Shown here piece after piece: positions 35,507 through 47,032 of a DNA stretch of 64,000 nt. Each line of letters begins with the position of its first letter. Positions within the stretch are counted from its first letter, which is position 1. The translations under genes and the position numbers were made by a program. The notes under the pieces are model-generated. The model was given only the letters and a program-made list of their open reading frames with translations. It was not told the origin of the DNA and made no database searches. Source of the DNA: Flavobacteriales bacterium (lineage in GTDB: Bacteria; Bacteroidota; Bacteroidia; Palsa-965). The stretch lies in assembly GCA_040377305.1 (NCBI GenBank), contig JBEIPA010000014.1, positions 77,780-141,779 of the forward strand, in the 5' to 3' direction.

Positions 35507-37120
35507 TTACCAACCGATGATTCGGCCGGTCTGCGTAATTTCTTCTCCTTCATAAATAGTATAGACATAAACTCCTGATGGCAGGCCGCTGGTGTTAACT
35601 GTAGTCGTAGTCGCAGTAATTGGAATACACATTACTACTTCGCCCAACGTATTGTGCATGACAAAGGTTGTCGTGTTCATCACATTTTGCATCGTTACAG
35701 AAACCGATCCGTTAAATGGATTTGGGAATACCGTAGCAACGGATGCATTTTGTGAGTTGTTACTAATATCGAGTGACAGACAATTCCCCGGGATCATTGG
35801 TGCGTTTGCAGTGGCAGCAGTTGTTGTCAAAGCGCCTACTGTAGTTAACGCGCGGCCATCGAATAATACTCCAGTGTTCAAAGCGCCAAGTGCGCCGTTA
35901 TTGCACACGAGTGTTCCGCGGAATATTGAATAGTCGTCGATGTCTACTGCACCGTTAACAATCCAGTACACGTTTTTAGATTGCGCGCCGTTGATCAAAA
36001 TAACATTGGAATAAGTACTTGTTGAAAACGCTCCGTACACCTGAATGACAAATGTAGCATTGGGATTTCCCTGTGCATTGAGATAAACCGAGTCGGTAAA
36101 TGTTACCGCACCATTCATTACATATGTGTGGGGCGTAAGTACAAGACTGTTTCCAAATTGCGCGGGATACAACAATTCAATATCAGGCGAGAGTGCATTA
36201 AGGTAACTTGTTACAGACGTAAGGTCAGAAGCACATTGTGCAGTTGAGCCATCGGGTGTGAGGTGAATTGTTCCATTAACATTAAGTGAATTGAATCCAG
36301 TTGTTAAACCATTGTTAGTTCCTACATCACCTGTAACATACGTGGTTCCTGTGTTCGAAACGGGTCCGTTAGAGGAGAAGAGCGCATAACACGCTGTCGC
36401 ACCAAGAAACGGTGCGAGAGGGCCTGTAAGTATTGGACTTCCGCAACCTACTGGCGTATACGCTAAGATTCCATCAATACTAACTGCACCGGCAGTAGTC
36501 ATTGCACGACCTTCTAATGTGTCGTTCGTGCTCAGATTTACAGCAGCATTATTTGCGATAATTGTGCCGCGCATAAATACACCTGCTGCAAGACTAACGA
36601 GTCCTTCAACTTTCCAGTATACATTGCATGCCTTGGCTCCGTTAAGAAGCATAACTTTTGCATTTGCATTCGCGGATAATGATGCTTGAATCTGAAAGAT
36701 GAACACCGCATTGGTGTCGCCCTGTGCATTCAGATTAAGAATATCATTGATGACAGTTGCACCGCTGATTTCGTAAACTCCTTCAACAAGTGTTTGTCCA
36801 TTGCCGAGTAATGCAGCAGGGAAATAATTGGGTACGGTTGCATTCAGTTGGTTGTATGCAATCAGCAAATCGACTGCAGCCTGCGAACTTTCAGGACCAC
36901 CATCATGCATGTTGCCGTCCACGTTTCCGAAGCCGGTACTTGATCCGTTGTTCGTTCCGACATTTCCCGTAAGGTGAGAGATGCCAGTATTGGTTACAGA
37001 ACCGTTTGTTGAAAATAGTACAAACGATGCAGTAGATCCAAGATTGGGTTGTGCTTGTAATGTTGCTGAAATCGTGAGCAATGAAAATGCGGCTAACGTA
37101 GTAAATATATGGGTCTTCAT
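35507..37120 (-). CDS. Ice-binding (DUF3494)-family protein, two domains plus T9SS CTD
   Basis: Two copies of LNAQG..NA.F..Q..V.L.NGA...NVYW.V; VFPNP CTD. Confidence 0.85.
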   Translation of the reverse strand: MKTHIFTTLAAFSLLTISATLQAQPNLGSTASFVLFSTNGSVTNTGISHLTGNVGTNNGSSTGFGNVDGNMHDGGPESSQAAVDLLIAYNQLNATVPNYFPAALLGNGQTLVEGVYEISGATVINDILNLNAQGDTNAVFIFQIQASLSANANAKVMLLNGAKACNVYWKVEGLVSLAAGVFMRGTIIANNAAVNLSTNDTLEGRAMTTAGAVSIDGILAYTPVGCGSPILTGPLAPFLGATACYALFSSNGPVSNTGTTYVTGDVGTNNGLTTGFNSLNVNGTIHLTPDGSTAQCASDLTSVTSYLNALSPDIELLYPAQFGNSLVLTPHTYVMNGAVTFTDSVYLNAQGNPNATFVIQVYGAFSTSTYSNVILINGAQSKNVYWIVNGAVDIDDYSIFRGTLVCNNGALGALNTGVLFDGRALTTVGALTTTAATANAPMIPGNCLSLDISNNSQNASVATVFPNPFNGSVSVTMQNVMNTTTFVMHNTLGEVVMCIPITATTTTVNTSGLPSGVYVYTIYEGEEITQTGRIIGW

Positions 37121-37309
37121 GTGTTTGGTTTTGGTAAAAGGAATTGTTCCTAATAGCAAATGTCATCCATGAGCAGACCTATTCCGTTACATAACGAACT
37201 CAATCCGTTACATCATTCACTCTTTACCACTCAGAAGCTCTTAAGGTCAGCCTACTGGAGAATAATTTGGCGGTAAGGTTGAGACCGAATTCAATCAATA
37301 TCGCCGCAA

Positions 37310-37786
37310 TTAATGCACAGCGATTCGTCCGTCACATAGCATACGCAATATTTTCCGGACAGAATCATACGCCACCACATCGCGTACCATATAGTACGTG
37401 TCATCGTCTTCTGTGAGCAACGCATCGTCAACTTTGCGTTTACCTGAGACAATTACAACAGGAACGTAGCCATTCTCCTTTCTGATGCTTCGGAGTAACC
37501 GCGCACCACACAAGGATCCATTCCCCTGAGAAGCGAGATACTGATCCATGATAATTAGCTGAGGTTCCAACCAAAGATGCTTCACGCACTCTTCTCCGGT
37601 TGCAAAGCAATGAACATGATAGTTGTGGAATGGATTTTCCTTCGTCAATCGATAACCCAGCGCCATTAACGATGATTCCTCGTCGTCAACAATGAATACG
37701 TTGAAGTTTTCCTGTCGGGCCAACTCTCTCTTTCCGGAAATATGAATCGCGCCAAACATGATCAGATAGTTTAAGGTATTTGTCAA
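37310..37786 (-). CDS. Response regulator receiver protein
   Basis: FIVDDE, IIMDQ, VVIVSG. Confidence 0.75.
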   Translation of the reverse strand: MTNTLNYLIMFGAIHISGKRELARQENFNVFIVDDEESSLMALGYRLTKENPFHNYHVHCFATGEECVKHLWLEPQLIIMDQYLASQGNGSLCGARLLRSIRKENGYVPVVIVSGKRKVDDALLTEDDDTYYMVRDVVAYDSVRKILRMLCDGRIAVH

Positions 37787-38481
37787 TCAATCCACTTCCC
37801 GTTTTGAATGTACTCCATTGTTTGAATCTGACCGGAATCTATACGCGAGGTGTTTACCCAGGTACGAATAACAATAACGCCACAAGCTATGCTGAGACCG
37901 AACCATAACCAATTCCACCAATCACGAAACCCTCCCGTGTCTGCGACGATTGTTCCCGTTACAATTACCGCTATACTGAGAACTCCCATCGCAATCCATT
38001 TTGCTACTTTCGATTCCTGTCGTCTAACCTGAATTTTAATAGATGCCTTACGCACCTGATTGAGCAAACGAGCCAATCCGTTTTTATCCTTCGCAATAAA
38101 ATCTACAGCACCCGCTTTGATCGCAGTTACCGCAACTTCTGTATTCGCAGTTCCACTGAGGAAGATCACAGTTGCCTGATCATTCACCTGTCGAACTTTG
38201 CGGAGGACTTCAATCCCATTCATCACACCTCCACTTCCGTCTGCACAGAGTCTGTAATCAAGAACAAAAATGTCGGGCTTTGATGTATGATAATTTTTGA
38301 AGCACTCCTCTCCCGATTGATAACCGAGGACGCGACTGCCAGGAACTTTTTTAAGAGAGACTTCTATTGCCTGACGATACATCATGTCGTCATCGACAAC
38401 TGCAATGCAAATACTTTCAGCTGGTGGTGGACTTGCCTTCCCGCCCGCATTTGGTTTCCGAAGTTGCTGAAGAGCTTTCAT
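37783..38481 (-). CDS. Response regulator with C-terminal TM helices
   Basis: VVDDD, VLDY, GAVDFIAK plus two hydrophobic segments. Confidence 0.8.
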   Translation of the reverse strand: MKALQQLRKPNAGGKASPPPAESICIAVVDDDMMYRQAIEVSLKKVPGSRVLGYQSGEECFKNYHTSKPDIFVLDYRLCADGSGGVMNGIEVLRKVRQVNDQATVIFLSGTANTEVAVTAIKAGAVDFIAKDKNGLARLLNQVRKASIKIQVRRQESKVAKWIAMGVLSIAVIVTGTIVADTGGFRDWWNWLWFGLSIACGVIVIRTWVNTSRIDSGQIQTMEYIQNGKWID

Positions 38482-38701
38482 GGTGATGGTGCATTATCTA
38501 CAAAGGTAGATGGGCGCTGATTCACCGTCCCTTCGTTTCGATAACTGACTCAAAGCGTCAGGTAATCCGTCAAAAAGCACAACTCATTGGGGATAGATGT
38601 CGAATAATCGAAACAAACAGAGGATCAACGGGGTTATTTGATAACCTTTGTTTACCGTAACGGGTATAACTTCCGGAGCGGTGAAAGAAGCCAGGATAAT
38701 T

Positions 38702-41700
38702 ATGGCAGGATTTTCATTCATTAAGTGGTTTCGAAATGTCTCCATTGCGAAGAAGCTTTACTTCACGATGGGCATCATGGCAGTACTCATTGCAATCGAG
38801 CTTGTAACGCTTGGATTCGCAATAAGAACACTATCCTCTGTTCGTGCATTTGTTGGAGGTGAAGGTTTGTGGTCAAAGGCGCAGAAAGATGCGATCTATC
38901 ATCTCGAACGTTACGGACACTCGCGCAACGAATCCGAATATTTGCTCTATCAGGAATTCATGAAAGTCCCCGATGGCGACTACAAGGCGCGTGTTGAACT
39001 TGAAAAACCAGAACCGAATCTCGAAATTGTTTATGACGGATTCAAACAAGGACGAAACCACGAAGACGACGTGGAAGGGATGGCGTGGCTCTTCCGCAAT
39101 TTCTATTGGGTCAGTTACATCGGCGATGCAATTCAAATCTGGAGCGAAGCCGACAACCTGCGCATGCAACTCCTTCCAATTGCTGATAAGCTTCACAACA
39201 CGATTCAGTCAGGAACCGCAACGCAGGAAGAGATCGATGCAATTCTTCACGAGATCGCTCCAATCAATAATCAGCTAACCCGTGTAGAAGACAACTTCTC
39301 CTTTACGCTTGGTGAGGGTTCTCGTTGGCTCGAGAATCTCATCATGAAAATTTTGTTGTCACTCGCGCTTACTGTCGAAGTCAGCGGATTGTTGCTCACC
39401 ATTTCTGTCACACGGCGAATGCAGAAAGGCCTGAACGAGATTATTATCACATCCGAGAAAATTTCTCAGGGAGATGCATATGCACGTGCACGTGTGTTCT
39501 CGAAAGATGAAATTGGTCAGCTTGCAGAGTCATTCAACACCATGACCGATGAGCTTCAGCAAAATATTTATGCTCTTGGTGCCTCGCAGGCTATGTTAAA
39601 AACGAGCGAGGAAAGAATGGGCCTGCTCGTCGACAATATCAAGGACTACGCAATTGTAATGCTCGATCCGGAAGGAAATATTCTCAGTTGGAACGAAGGC
39701 GCATCGGGAATCAGCGGTTACAAATCGGAAGAAATTGTTGGGAAGCACGTTTCGACCTTCTACACACAGGAAGATATTAGCAAGGGCATTCCTGTTGATA
39801 ATCTTCTGGCGTCGAGTGAGCGTGGTGAAATGCAAACAGAAGGCTGGCAGCGACGAAAAGACGGTACGCTATTCTGGGCACACGTAACGATTACGCGATT
39901 AGTGGACGAAGAGAAGAAGATGCGCGGGTATGTGCAAATTACACGCGACATCACCGAACAGATGCGTGCAGAAACTGCAGTTCGGCAGAGTCGTGCCCAA
40001 CTCGCCATGTCGCAACAACTTGCGCACATCGGATCATGGGAATTGGATCTTGAAACAAAATCGCTCAACTGGTCAGATGAGTTGTACCACATCTACGGAC
40101 AAACTCACGAGGAAATTAAGTTTGATCGTATGTTTTTGCTTACGCATCCTGCCGATCGTGAATTTGTGATGAATACGATTCTCGATGCTGTTAACAAACA
40201 TTCGTCGTTCGATTTCCGCAGAAGAATTATCCGGACCGATGGCGCTGTGCGTACGTTGCATTCATTGGGAGAAGTAATTTACAATGAATCCGGAACCGCC
40301 GTGAAAATGATTGGGGCTGATCAGGACATCACCGATCGTATACACGAAGAGGAAATGGAAAAGTTAGCGATGGCGGCAACGAAATCGTTCAACTCCGTAA
40401 TCATTGCGAACAATGAAGGAAAAATTGAGTGGGTAAACGAAGGGTTCACCAAGCTCACGGGATATACATTTGAAGAGGTTCAGAATACACACGGAGAGCT
40501 GCTTCGTCGTGGTGGACTTACGGGCTTGTCCCGCGAAATGATTGATTACCAAAAATTACTTCAGGACAATAAGCCCGTAGTTTACGAGAGCAAAAATTAT
40601 TCGAAGAACGGGCACGAGTATTGGGTGATCACTACCTTGACTCCTGTAATTGGTCATGACGGAAAAATCGAACGTATCATCGCAATTGATTCTGACATTT
40701 CCGAGCGCAAAAAGGTCGAAGAAGATCTTATTCTGTCCAACCGGATTGCCGAACACTCACTGAAAAAAGGGAACAAAGCACTTACTGATTTGCTGCGTGC
40801 TAAGAAAGAGCTCGAAGAATCGATGACTGTGAAGGAGCAATTCCTCGCGAAAATGAGTCACGAGATCCGAACGCCAATGAACGCAATTGTAGGCTTGTCG
40901 GATATTCTCATGGAATCTCCTCTCACTTCGGAACAGCATGAGTGCATGGATGCGATTCGTCTTTCATCGCATAACCTGCTTTCTATTATCAATGACATTC
41001 TGGACTTCTCCCGACTGAGTTCCGGTAAAATGGATCTCGAATCACTTCCATTCCGACCAACAGAAGTCGCACAGGGAGTATTGCGCACGGTTGGTTTCTC
41101 TGCTACGCAAAAGGGAATTGAACTTTCTGTTGAGGCCGATGAAGTGAAACTCCCGGAATACGTTGTGGGCGACAGTGTACGTCTCAGGCAGATTCTGATT
41201 AATCTCGTTGGCAATGCAATTAAGTTTACTGAAAAAGGCAAAATCACTATCCGTGTAAAAGTTCTGGAAGAGTTTGACGGAAAAATCACCTTGCAGTTTA
41301 CGGTTAGTGATACGGGAATCGGAATTCCGAAAGACCGACTCGATACAATTTTCGACAGCTTTACACAAGCGAGCAACGAAACTTCCCGGAAGTATGGTGG
41401 AAGTGGACTGGGGCTAACTATTGTAAAACAGCTTGCAGAGCTACACAACGGTTCTGTGAGTGTGGAGAGCACCATTGGCAGCGGTTCTATGTTCATGGTG
41501 AATCTTCAATACGCTATTTCCGGAGCAATGCCATTCGGACCGGAAGAACAGCATCAATCAGTTCAGGAATCTTCGCTCGATGGAAAACGCATTCTTCTCG
41601 CGGAAGACAATGAAATGAACCAGATGCTTGCGCGCCGGGTATTTGAGAAATGGAACTTTACACTTGAAATTGCAGGCAACGGCAAGATTGCTGTTGAACG

Positions 41701-42355
41701 TCTTGCGAAAGAACATTTTGATCTGGTTCTGATGGATGTTCAGATGCCTGAGATGGACGGATACACAACCACGCAATATATCCGCACCCAAATGCCGAAA
41801 GAAAAATCAGGCATTCCTATTATTGCGATGACCGCGCACGCCATTGTTGGTGAAGCAGAAAAATGTATTTCACTAGGCATGAACGATTACATTTCGAAAC
41901 CATTCAATCGGAATGTTCTCTACGAAAAGATCTGCGCATTACTGAAGCAACAACCTGCAGAAGAAGCGAAGAGCGAAGAAAAAACGGTGACGAGAAAATC
42001 CTCCTACGAAGTAATCGATCTCTCCTACCTAACTGAGCTCGCAGAAGGCAGCGAGGTTTTTATACAGAAAATGATTCGGGCTTTTCTGTTGCAGACTCCA
42101 CAACTCATTCAACAAATGAAACAGGGTGTTGCACTCAACAACTGGCAGGAAGTTCGCGCGGCGGCACACAAGATGAAACCGTCCATGGATTTTATTGGCA
42201 TACACTCCCTCAGATCCGTTGTTGCGGACATTGAGAACGATGCACACAGTGAAGAAAATCTCGACAAGATTCCCACTATGGTTGCAGAAGTTGAAACCGT
42301 GTGCGACAAAGCAATGCAGGAATTGGAATCTATGCTTGCCACAGAGCACAAGTAA
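38702..42355 (+). CDS. Hybrid histidine kinase (HAMP-PAS-HisKA-HATPase-REC-HPt)
   Basis: MSHEIRTPMN, GGSGLGL, LMDVQMP, AAHKMK. Confidence 0.93.
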   Translation: MAGFSFIKWFRNVSIAKKLYFTMGIMAVLIAIELVTLGFAIRTLSSVRAFVGGEGLWSKAQKDAIYHLERYGHSRNESEYLLYQEFMKVPDGDYKARVELEKPEPNLEIVYDGFKQGRNHEDDVEGMAWLFRNFYWVSYIGDAIQIWSEADNLRMQLLPIADKLHNTIQSGTATQEEIDAILHEIAPINNQLTRVEDNFSFTLGEGSRWLENLIMKILLSLALTVEVSGLLLTISVTRRMQKGLNEIIITSEKISQGDAYARARVFSKDEIGQLAESFNTMTDELQQNIYALGASQAMLKTSEERMGLLVDNIKDYAIVMLDPEGNILSWNEGASGISGYKSEEIVGKHVSTFYTQEDISKGIPVDNLLASSERGEMQTEGWQRRKDGTLFWAHVTITRLVDEEKKMRGYVQITRDITEQMRAETAVRQSRAQLAMSQQLAHIGSWELDLETKSLNWSDELYHIYGQTHEEIKFDRMFLLTHPADREFVMNTILDAVNKHSSFDFRRRIIRTDGAVRTLHSLGEVIYNESGTAVKMIGADQDITDRIHEEEMEKLAMAATKSFNSVIIANNEGKIEWVNEGFTKLTGYTFEEVQNTHGELLRRGGLTGLSREMIDYQKLLQDNKPVVYESKNYSKNGHEYWVITTLTPVIGHDGKIERIIAIDSDISERKKVEEDLILSNRIAEHSLKKGNKALTDLLRAKKELEESMTVKEQFLAKMSHEIRTPMNAIVGLSDILMESPLTSEQHECMDAIRLSSHNLLSIINDILDFSRLSSGKMDLESLPFRPTEVAQGVLRTVGFSATQKGIELSVEADEVKLPEYVVGDSVRLRQILINLVGNAIKFTEKGKITIRVKVLEEFDGKITLQFTVSDTGIGIPKDRLDTIFDSFTQASNETSRKYGGSGLGLTIVKQLAELHNGSVSVESTIGSGSMFMVNLQYAISGAMPFGPEEQHQSVQESSLDGKRILLAEDNEMNQMLARRVFEKWNFTLEIAGNGKIAVERLAKEHFDLVLMDVQMPEMDGYTTTQYIRTQMPKEKSGIPIIAMTAHAIVGEAEKCISLGMNDYISKPFNRNVLYEKICALLKQQPAEEAKSEEKTVTRKSSYEVIDLSYLTELAEGSEVFIQKMIRAFLLQTPQLIQQMKQGVALNNWQEVRAAAHKMKPSMDFIGIHSLRSVVADIENDAHSEENLDKIPTMVAEVETVCDKAMQELESMLATEHK

Positions 42356-42519
42356 TCCGCGTAGCCAGAAATGTTGTCGGGTTGCACCGATAACTTGAGT
42401 TCCCAGTGTAGAACTCTTGGTTGCACCCCCGTATTACTACGGGATATTGCGCAGGTATGCAACTTCACATTTTGTTTTTCGTACTACAAAACGGCAGTAG
42501 TATTCACACCAAACACACT

Positions 42520-43212
42520 ATGAATTGTCTCATAATTGACGACGACGACCTAAGCCGTATTGACCTTGAGAAAAAAGTTGCGAAAGTTTCTTTCCTTAAG
42601 CTCGTAGGTTCTTGCGTTTCTGCGTCAGGTGCACCTGATATTCTGCTGAACAATCGTGTTGACTTGCTCATACTTGACGTGATGATGCCCGGAATTTCCG
42701 GAATTCAGTTTCTCGAGAACTTAACTGAGCGTACATTGCAGGTGATACTTGTATCCAGCGATATGCGTTATGCGGTCAACGGTTTCGATCATTCTGTCGC
42801 CGATTTTCTTGTGAAACCAATCACCGACGAGCGTTTTCTCAAAGCAGCGATGCGTTCCTATTCTTTACATCATAAACCCAATGGTAAAGAAACATTTCAG
42901 AAAGATCATCTCTTCGTGAAATCGAACGGAGTTCATGTTCGCGTTATGACCAGTTCCATTTTCTACATTGAAGCGCAGCCCGATCATCTCGACATTGTAA
43001 CTGAATCCGGAGTATATAAAGTACACGCGACTTTGAAAAGTGTTGCAGAAAGCATTCCGCTCGATCAGTTTTTTCGCGTACATAATTCCTTCATCGTTAA
43101 TCTTCAGAAAATTTCAGGCCTTGATGGAAATTTTGTGCTGATCGGGAAGAAGACTATTCCGGTTAGCAGATCGCGTCAAAAAGAACTGCTAAACAGGATC
43201 AATATGATCTGA
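42520..43212 (+). CDS. LytTR-family response regulator
   Basis: IIDDD, LDVMMP, FFRVHNSFIVN. Confidence 0.9.
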   Translation: MNCLIIDDDDLSRIDLEKKVAKVSFLKLVGSCVSASGAPDILLNNRVDLLILDVMMPGISGIQFLENLTERTLQVILVSSDMRYAVNGFDHSVADFLVKPITDERFLKAAMRSYSLHHKPNGKETFQKDHLFVKSNGVHVRVMTSSIFYIEAQPDHLDIVTESGVYKVHATLKSVAESIPLDQFFRVHNSFIVNLQKISGLDGNFVLIGKKTIPVSRSRQKELLNRINMI

Positions 43213-43402
43213 TCTTATACAGATACACAGGTTTTTCAGCAAAGCACCGACACTTCACGTCTATACATCGACTGGTCCTTTACCTTCCTTAGCACTCCCC
43301 GTATAAGGATCAACAGATATACACCTACAGGTAAATATCGGTTAGGAATAATCAAAATAAATGGTGAAGTTGAAAGTGAGGAATCAAATGGAGGGTGCAA
43401 AC

Positions 43403-43768
43403 ATGAATGTACTAATTGTGGATGATGATCCAATGATCATCGAACTGCTAACGTTCAAGCTCAGCGAACAGGGCTATACTGTCGACTCAGTTACAAATGG
43501 CTGGGGCGCATTATTAAAACTTTCAAAGAATAAATACGATCTGCTCGTCACTGATCTGATGATGCCGGATATTTCGGGATTAACATTGCTTAGCCTGCTT
43601 AAGAATTACACGTTCGAAAGCATTCCTATTATTATCATCTCCAGCCTGGATCACTCCACGACTATTCTGTCGGGGTTCGGTCTTGGTGCCGCAGAGTATT
43701 TCGTGAAACCAATCAATATGGATCTCTTCCTCAATACGGTGGGCAAATTAACGAGCAAGGCTGGTTAG
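43403..43768 (+). CDS. Single-domain response regulator
   Basis: IVDDD, TDLMMP, FVKP. Confidence 0.88.
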   Translation: MNVLIVDDDPMIIELLTFKLSEQGYTVDSVTNGWGALLKLSKNKYDLLVTDLMMPDISGLTLLSLLKNYTFESIPIIIISSLDHSTTILSGFGLGAAEYFVKPINMDLFLNTVGKLTSKAG

Positions 43769-43821
43769 CATCCCCGGCGAATTGTGGTGGAGGATAATTG
43801 CCCTGCGTAAAAACTACAGGT

Positions 43822-44718
43822 ATGAAACTTGAAATCAGAAAAATATTAGTCCCTGTCGATTTTTCGGAGACGAGTGAGAATGCAATAGAACATGCGGCAT
43901 GGCTGGCAGCAACTACGCAAGCTGAACTTTATCTGGTTCACGTGCTGCCGCAGAATCAGTTCCGCGCTGATGCTGCAGAGCCATTGGTGCTCTCCGATGA
44001 TACCGTTCAATCTCAGCGCGAAACGGAAGAAAAACTTCGCATTGTTGCGCAGGATCTATTGGCCAGGTTCAATGTAGCCGCACGGACCCGCGTACTACAT
44101 GGGAAAATTTCAGCTGCACTTATCGATCTTGTGACTGCAGAAAGTATCGATCTCATTTTGATGGGAACACATGGCGCCAAAGGCCTTGAGGAAATTCTCA
44201 TCGGCAGTAATGCACAACACCTGGTTTCGCTTGCGTCGTGCCCTGTTATCACTTTTCAGAAAGAGAAACTGAAGCCCGGATTTTCGAACATCGTATTACC
44301 TATCGATCGTTCGCGCCATTCACGTGAGAAGGTGAGTGTCGCAATGGATATTGCACTGTTGTGCAATTCGAAAATTCACATTGTGGGACTTCTCGACAGT
44401 GCCGACGAAGGCGAATACCAAAAGTTGCAGGTTGTACTCGATCAGGTAACAATAGCAGTTGACAGCGCAGAGATTCCATACACGCGTCACACCGTGAAAG
44501 GTGACAACATCGCTGTGGAAGCCATTAAGTACGCGCGTTCCATTAACGCAGATCTGATTCTCATTCTTACTGAAGATGAATCGGTGATGGGTAAACTCGA
44601 TCTTGGTCCATTGTCGCGACACATTGTCAACCACAGTCCTATTCCGGTGTTGAGCATGAATTCGCATTACGGAAATTTTGAAGCGCTCGATCTGAGCGGT
44701 GCGTCTCGCGCCTATTGA
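43822..44718 (+). CDS. Universal stress protein (tandem Usp)
   Basis: ILVPVDFS, MGTHG...IGSNA. Confidence 0.9.
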   Translation: MKLEIRKILVPVDFSETSENAIEHAAWLAATTQAELYLVHVLPQNQFRADAAEPLVLSDDTVQSQRETEEKLRIVAQDLLARFNVAARTRVLHGKISAALIDLVTAESIDLILMGTHGAKGLEEILIGSNAQHLVSLASCPVITFQKEKLKPGFSNIVLPIDRSRHSREKVSVAMDIALLCNSKIHIVGLLDSADEGEYQKLQVVLDQVTIAVDSAEIPYTRHTVKGDNIAVEAIKYARSINADLILILTEDESVMGKLDLGPLSRHIVNHSPIPVLSMNSHYGNFEALDLSGASRAY

Positions 44719-44791
44719 ACTTCACCCCATAGGAACATAGCCTTCCGCCGCGGCAGGGTTTTCTTGTTGGGCGATAGAGTTACATAGTGCG

Positions 44792-44834
44792 CAAGAGAAT
44801 ATCGCTTAGCGATATTTCTCATGTGTTCTATGAT
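44792..44834. repeat. Dispersed palindromic repeat, copy 2 (copy 1 at 4256-4298)
   Basis: Near-identical 43-mer. Confidence 0.75.
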
Positions 44835-44878
44835 TGCGTAGCTCTTTAACACCCGGCGAAAACTATGATTCTATGCGT

Positions 44879-45487
44879 TTAAAACACGTATCCGGTTCCA
44901 TAGAACAGCCCGAACGCATTTATTCCGAAAGAATAACTCGAGCCGATATACATAATGAAGTCTTCCCGCTTGAGAAAACGGAATCGTCCGGCAATGAGTG
45001 GTGCCATACGAACCTGTCCTCCTTTGTCGAAGAGAAAACTTGCGAGTGGTCCAACCTCAAATTCAATTCCGGAATTTGATCCGAAGTTTTTTCGGAAGAC
45101 TTTGTACTCCAGTCCTGCGCCGAATGTGGGCGACGCGCGTTCACTTACCAGATTTCCGTCTAGAATAAATTGTTTCGGTCCTGTTGCAAGACTGAAGAAG
45201 ACAGGAATACGTAAACGCTTCTGAGGGCGAAACTCGGCGAAGAAAAGAATGGCATTCGTAGGGACAACAATCGCTTCATCGACATTAAATGCTGAATCCC
45301 GCGCGCTAGTGATAAACAACTTCGACTGACCAAAGCTCAACTCAAAGAGCTGACGATTCTTTTTCTTCGTCGTCGTATCCTGACTCGATTCAGCGACCGT
45401 CTGAGCCTGAAGCGTAGACAAGCCAAGTGTGAACAGAAAGAAGAACAACATCTTCATTCCCGTGATTATTGTGCGGGGGTACATCAT
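44879..45487 (-). CDS. Hypothetical outer-membrane beta-barrel protein
   Basis: Signal peptide; terminal GYVF; start uncertain. Confidence 0.65.
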   Translation of the reverse strand: MMYPRTIITGMKMLFFFLFTLGLSTLQAQTVAESSQDTTTKKKNRQLFELSFGQSKLFITSARDSAFNVDEAIVVPTNAILFFAEFRPQKRLRIPVFFSLATGPKQFILDGNLVSERASPTFGAGLEYKVFRKNFGSNSGIEFEVGPLASFLFDKGGQVRMAPLIAGRFRFLKREDFIMYIGSSYSFGINAFGLFYGTGYVF

Positions 45488-45580
45488 AATGAGTGCTGAT
45501 TGTGCGTTTTAGTAAGACCTTCTGGATTAGTTGTAATTCACCAAGGCATTACTCGCAAAAATTACATAAATTTCATGACT

Positions 45581-47032
45581 ATGAAGGTTGTCATCTCCTT
45601 CGCCGCTGGATTACTTCTATGCATGCAGGCTTACAGTCAGAACCTACTCGGGTACGGACATAGCAATTATGCAGGTATTTCAGGTGCGTCGTACAATCCT
45701 GCTTCTCTCGCCGACAGTCGTTTTAGCATGGACATTCAGGCTTTTGGCTTTGGTGTTGAAGTCGCGAACAATTATGTAGGTGCGAAACGCATCGATATGT
45801 TTCGTTCAGATTTTGACGTGAGCTATCTTAAACTTCGCACGCGCGACACGAAGAAATCGGTATTCTTCCGGAATGAAATACTGCTTCCGGGTATCATGTT
45901 CTCCAATGAAAAATTCGGTTGGGGTGTCGATCTGAAAATTCGTTCCTACGCAAACGTGGATGGAGTTGAAAGTGAACTCGCTCACATCTTCGTAATGGAA
46001 ATGAAAGATGCGCCAACTTACAACCAGGCTATGTACAATAAGCATATTGGTATACAAGCCATGAGCTGGATGGAAATTGGCGGAACGTATGCACAAACCA
46101 TCTGGACAGGTGCAGAACACTTCGTCGCAATTGGTGCGCGACCTAAATTTTTGCTCGGACTCGGCGCTATGTATGCGTTTGTGAATGATGCTGGTTACAG
46201 TTTTCGCGATGACACGACACTGAATCTTGTTCGCGGCGATGTTGAATTCGGACATTCGAACAATTTCGCTTTCGATGGAGGATTTGGAATGCAATACAGC
46301 ATGGGATTCAATCCTGGCTTTGGTGTTGACTTCGGATTGGTTTACGAATTCCGTCCTGATGCAATGCAGGAAGAGAATAAAGAAAATAAAGAGAAAAAAT
46401 GGCCGGGATATCGCGAACGTCCGACATACAAATACAGAATTGGCGCTTCAATTACCGATTTAGGATTCGTGCATTTCCGACACGGCGAATTCAGCGATCA
46501 TTATACCGTGAATGCCAATATGTGGAATTACGATGACGAAACATTCGATGCTTCATCGCCGAACTCATTGCACAATACCTTCGAATTGCGTCAGGGCGGA
46601 TCGAAAGAAGGCAAAGGTTTCTTCATGCGTTTACCACCTGCGCTCAATCTGCAGTACGACTACTACTGGAAGCATAACATCTACTTCAACGCAACTTCGT
46701 TCACAGGAATTTATGCTCGAAACTGGGATGGCAAACGTGTTCACGAATTAACACGCGTCAGCATAACGCCGCGTTGGGAAAAACGTTGGTTCGCGGTGTG
46801 GGCTCCGGTTTCTTTCACGCGCATGGGAGTAGTTTCCCTCGGAGGTGGTCTTCGTCTGGGACCCGTCGCAATCGGCACCACAGATATTCTCAATCTCGTT
46901 CTTCGCAAAAAAACAATCTACAATGCCGATGTGTACTTCGTTGTGAAAGTTCCATTGTTCCCAACGAAAAAAGGGCAAGCGAAGAAAGGCAAATCGAAGA
47001 CGGGTGGACCGATTGACGACTGTCCGGATTAG
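45581..47032 (+). CDS. DUF5723-like outer membrane protein
   Basis: SNYAG...NPASLADSR, GFGVDFGLVYE, GASITDLG. Confidence 0.75.
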   Translation: MKVVISFAAGLLLCMQAYSQNLLGYGHSNYAGISGASYNPASLADSRFSMDIQAFGFGVEVANNYVGAKRIDMFRSDFDVSYLKLRTRDTKKSVFFRNEILLPGIMFSNEKFGWGVDLKIRSYANVDGVESELAHIFVMEMKDAPTYNQAMYNKHIGIQAMSWMEIGGTYAQTIWTGAEHFVAIGARPKFLLGLGAMYAFVNDAGYSFRDDTTLNLVRGDVEFGHSNNFAFDGGFGMQYSMGFNPGFGVDFGLVYEFRPDAMQEENKENKEKKWPGYRERPTYKYRIGASITDLGFVHFRHGEFSDHYTVNANMWNYDDETFDASSPNSLHNTFELRQGGSKEGKGFFMRLPPALNLQYDYYWKHNIYFNATSFTGIYARNWDGKRVHELTRVSITPRWEKRWFAVWAPVSFTRMGVVSLGGGLRLGPVAIGTTDILNLVLRKKTIYNADVYFVVKVPLFPTKKGQAKKGKSKTGGPIDDCPD

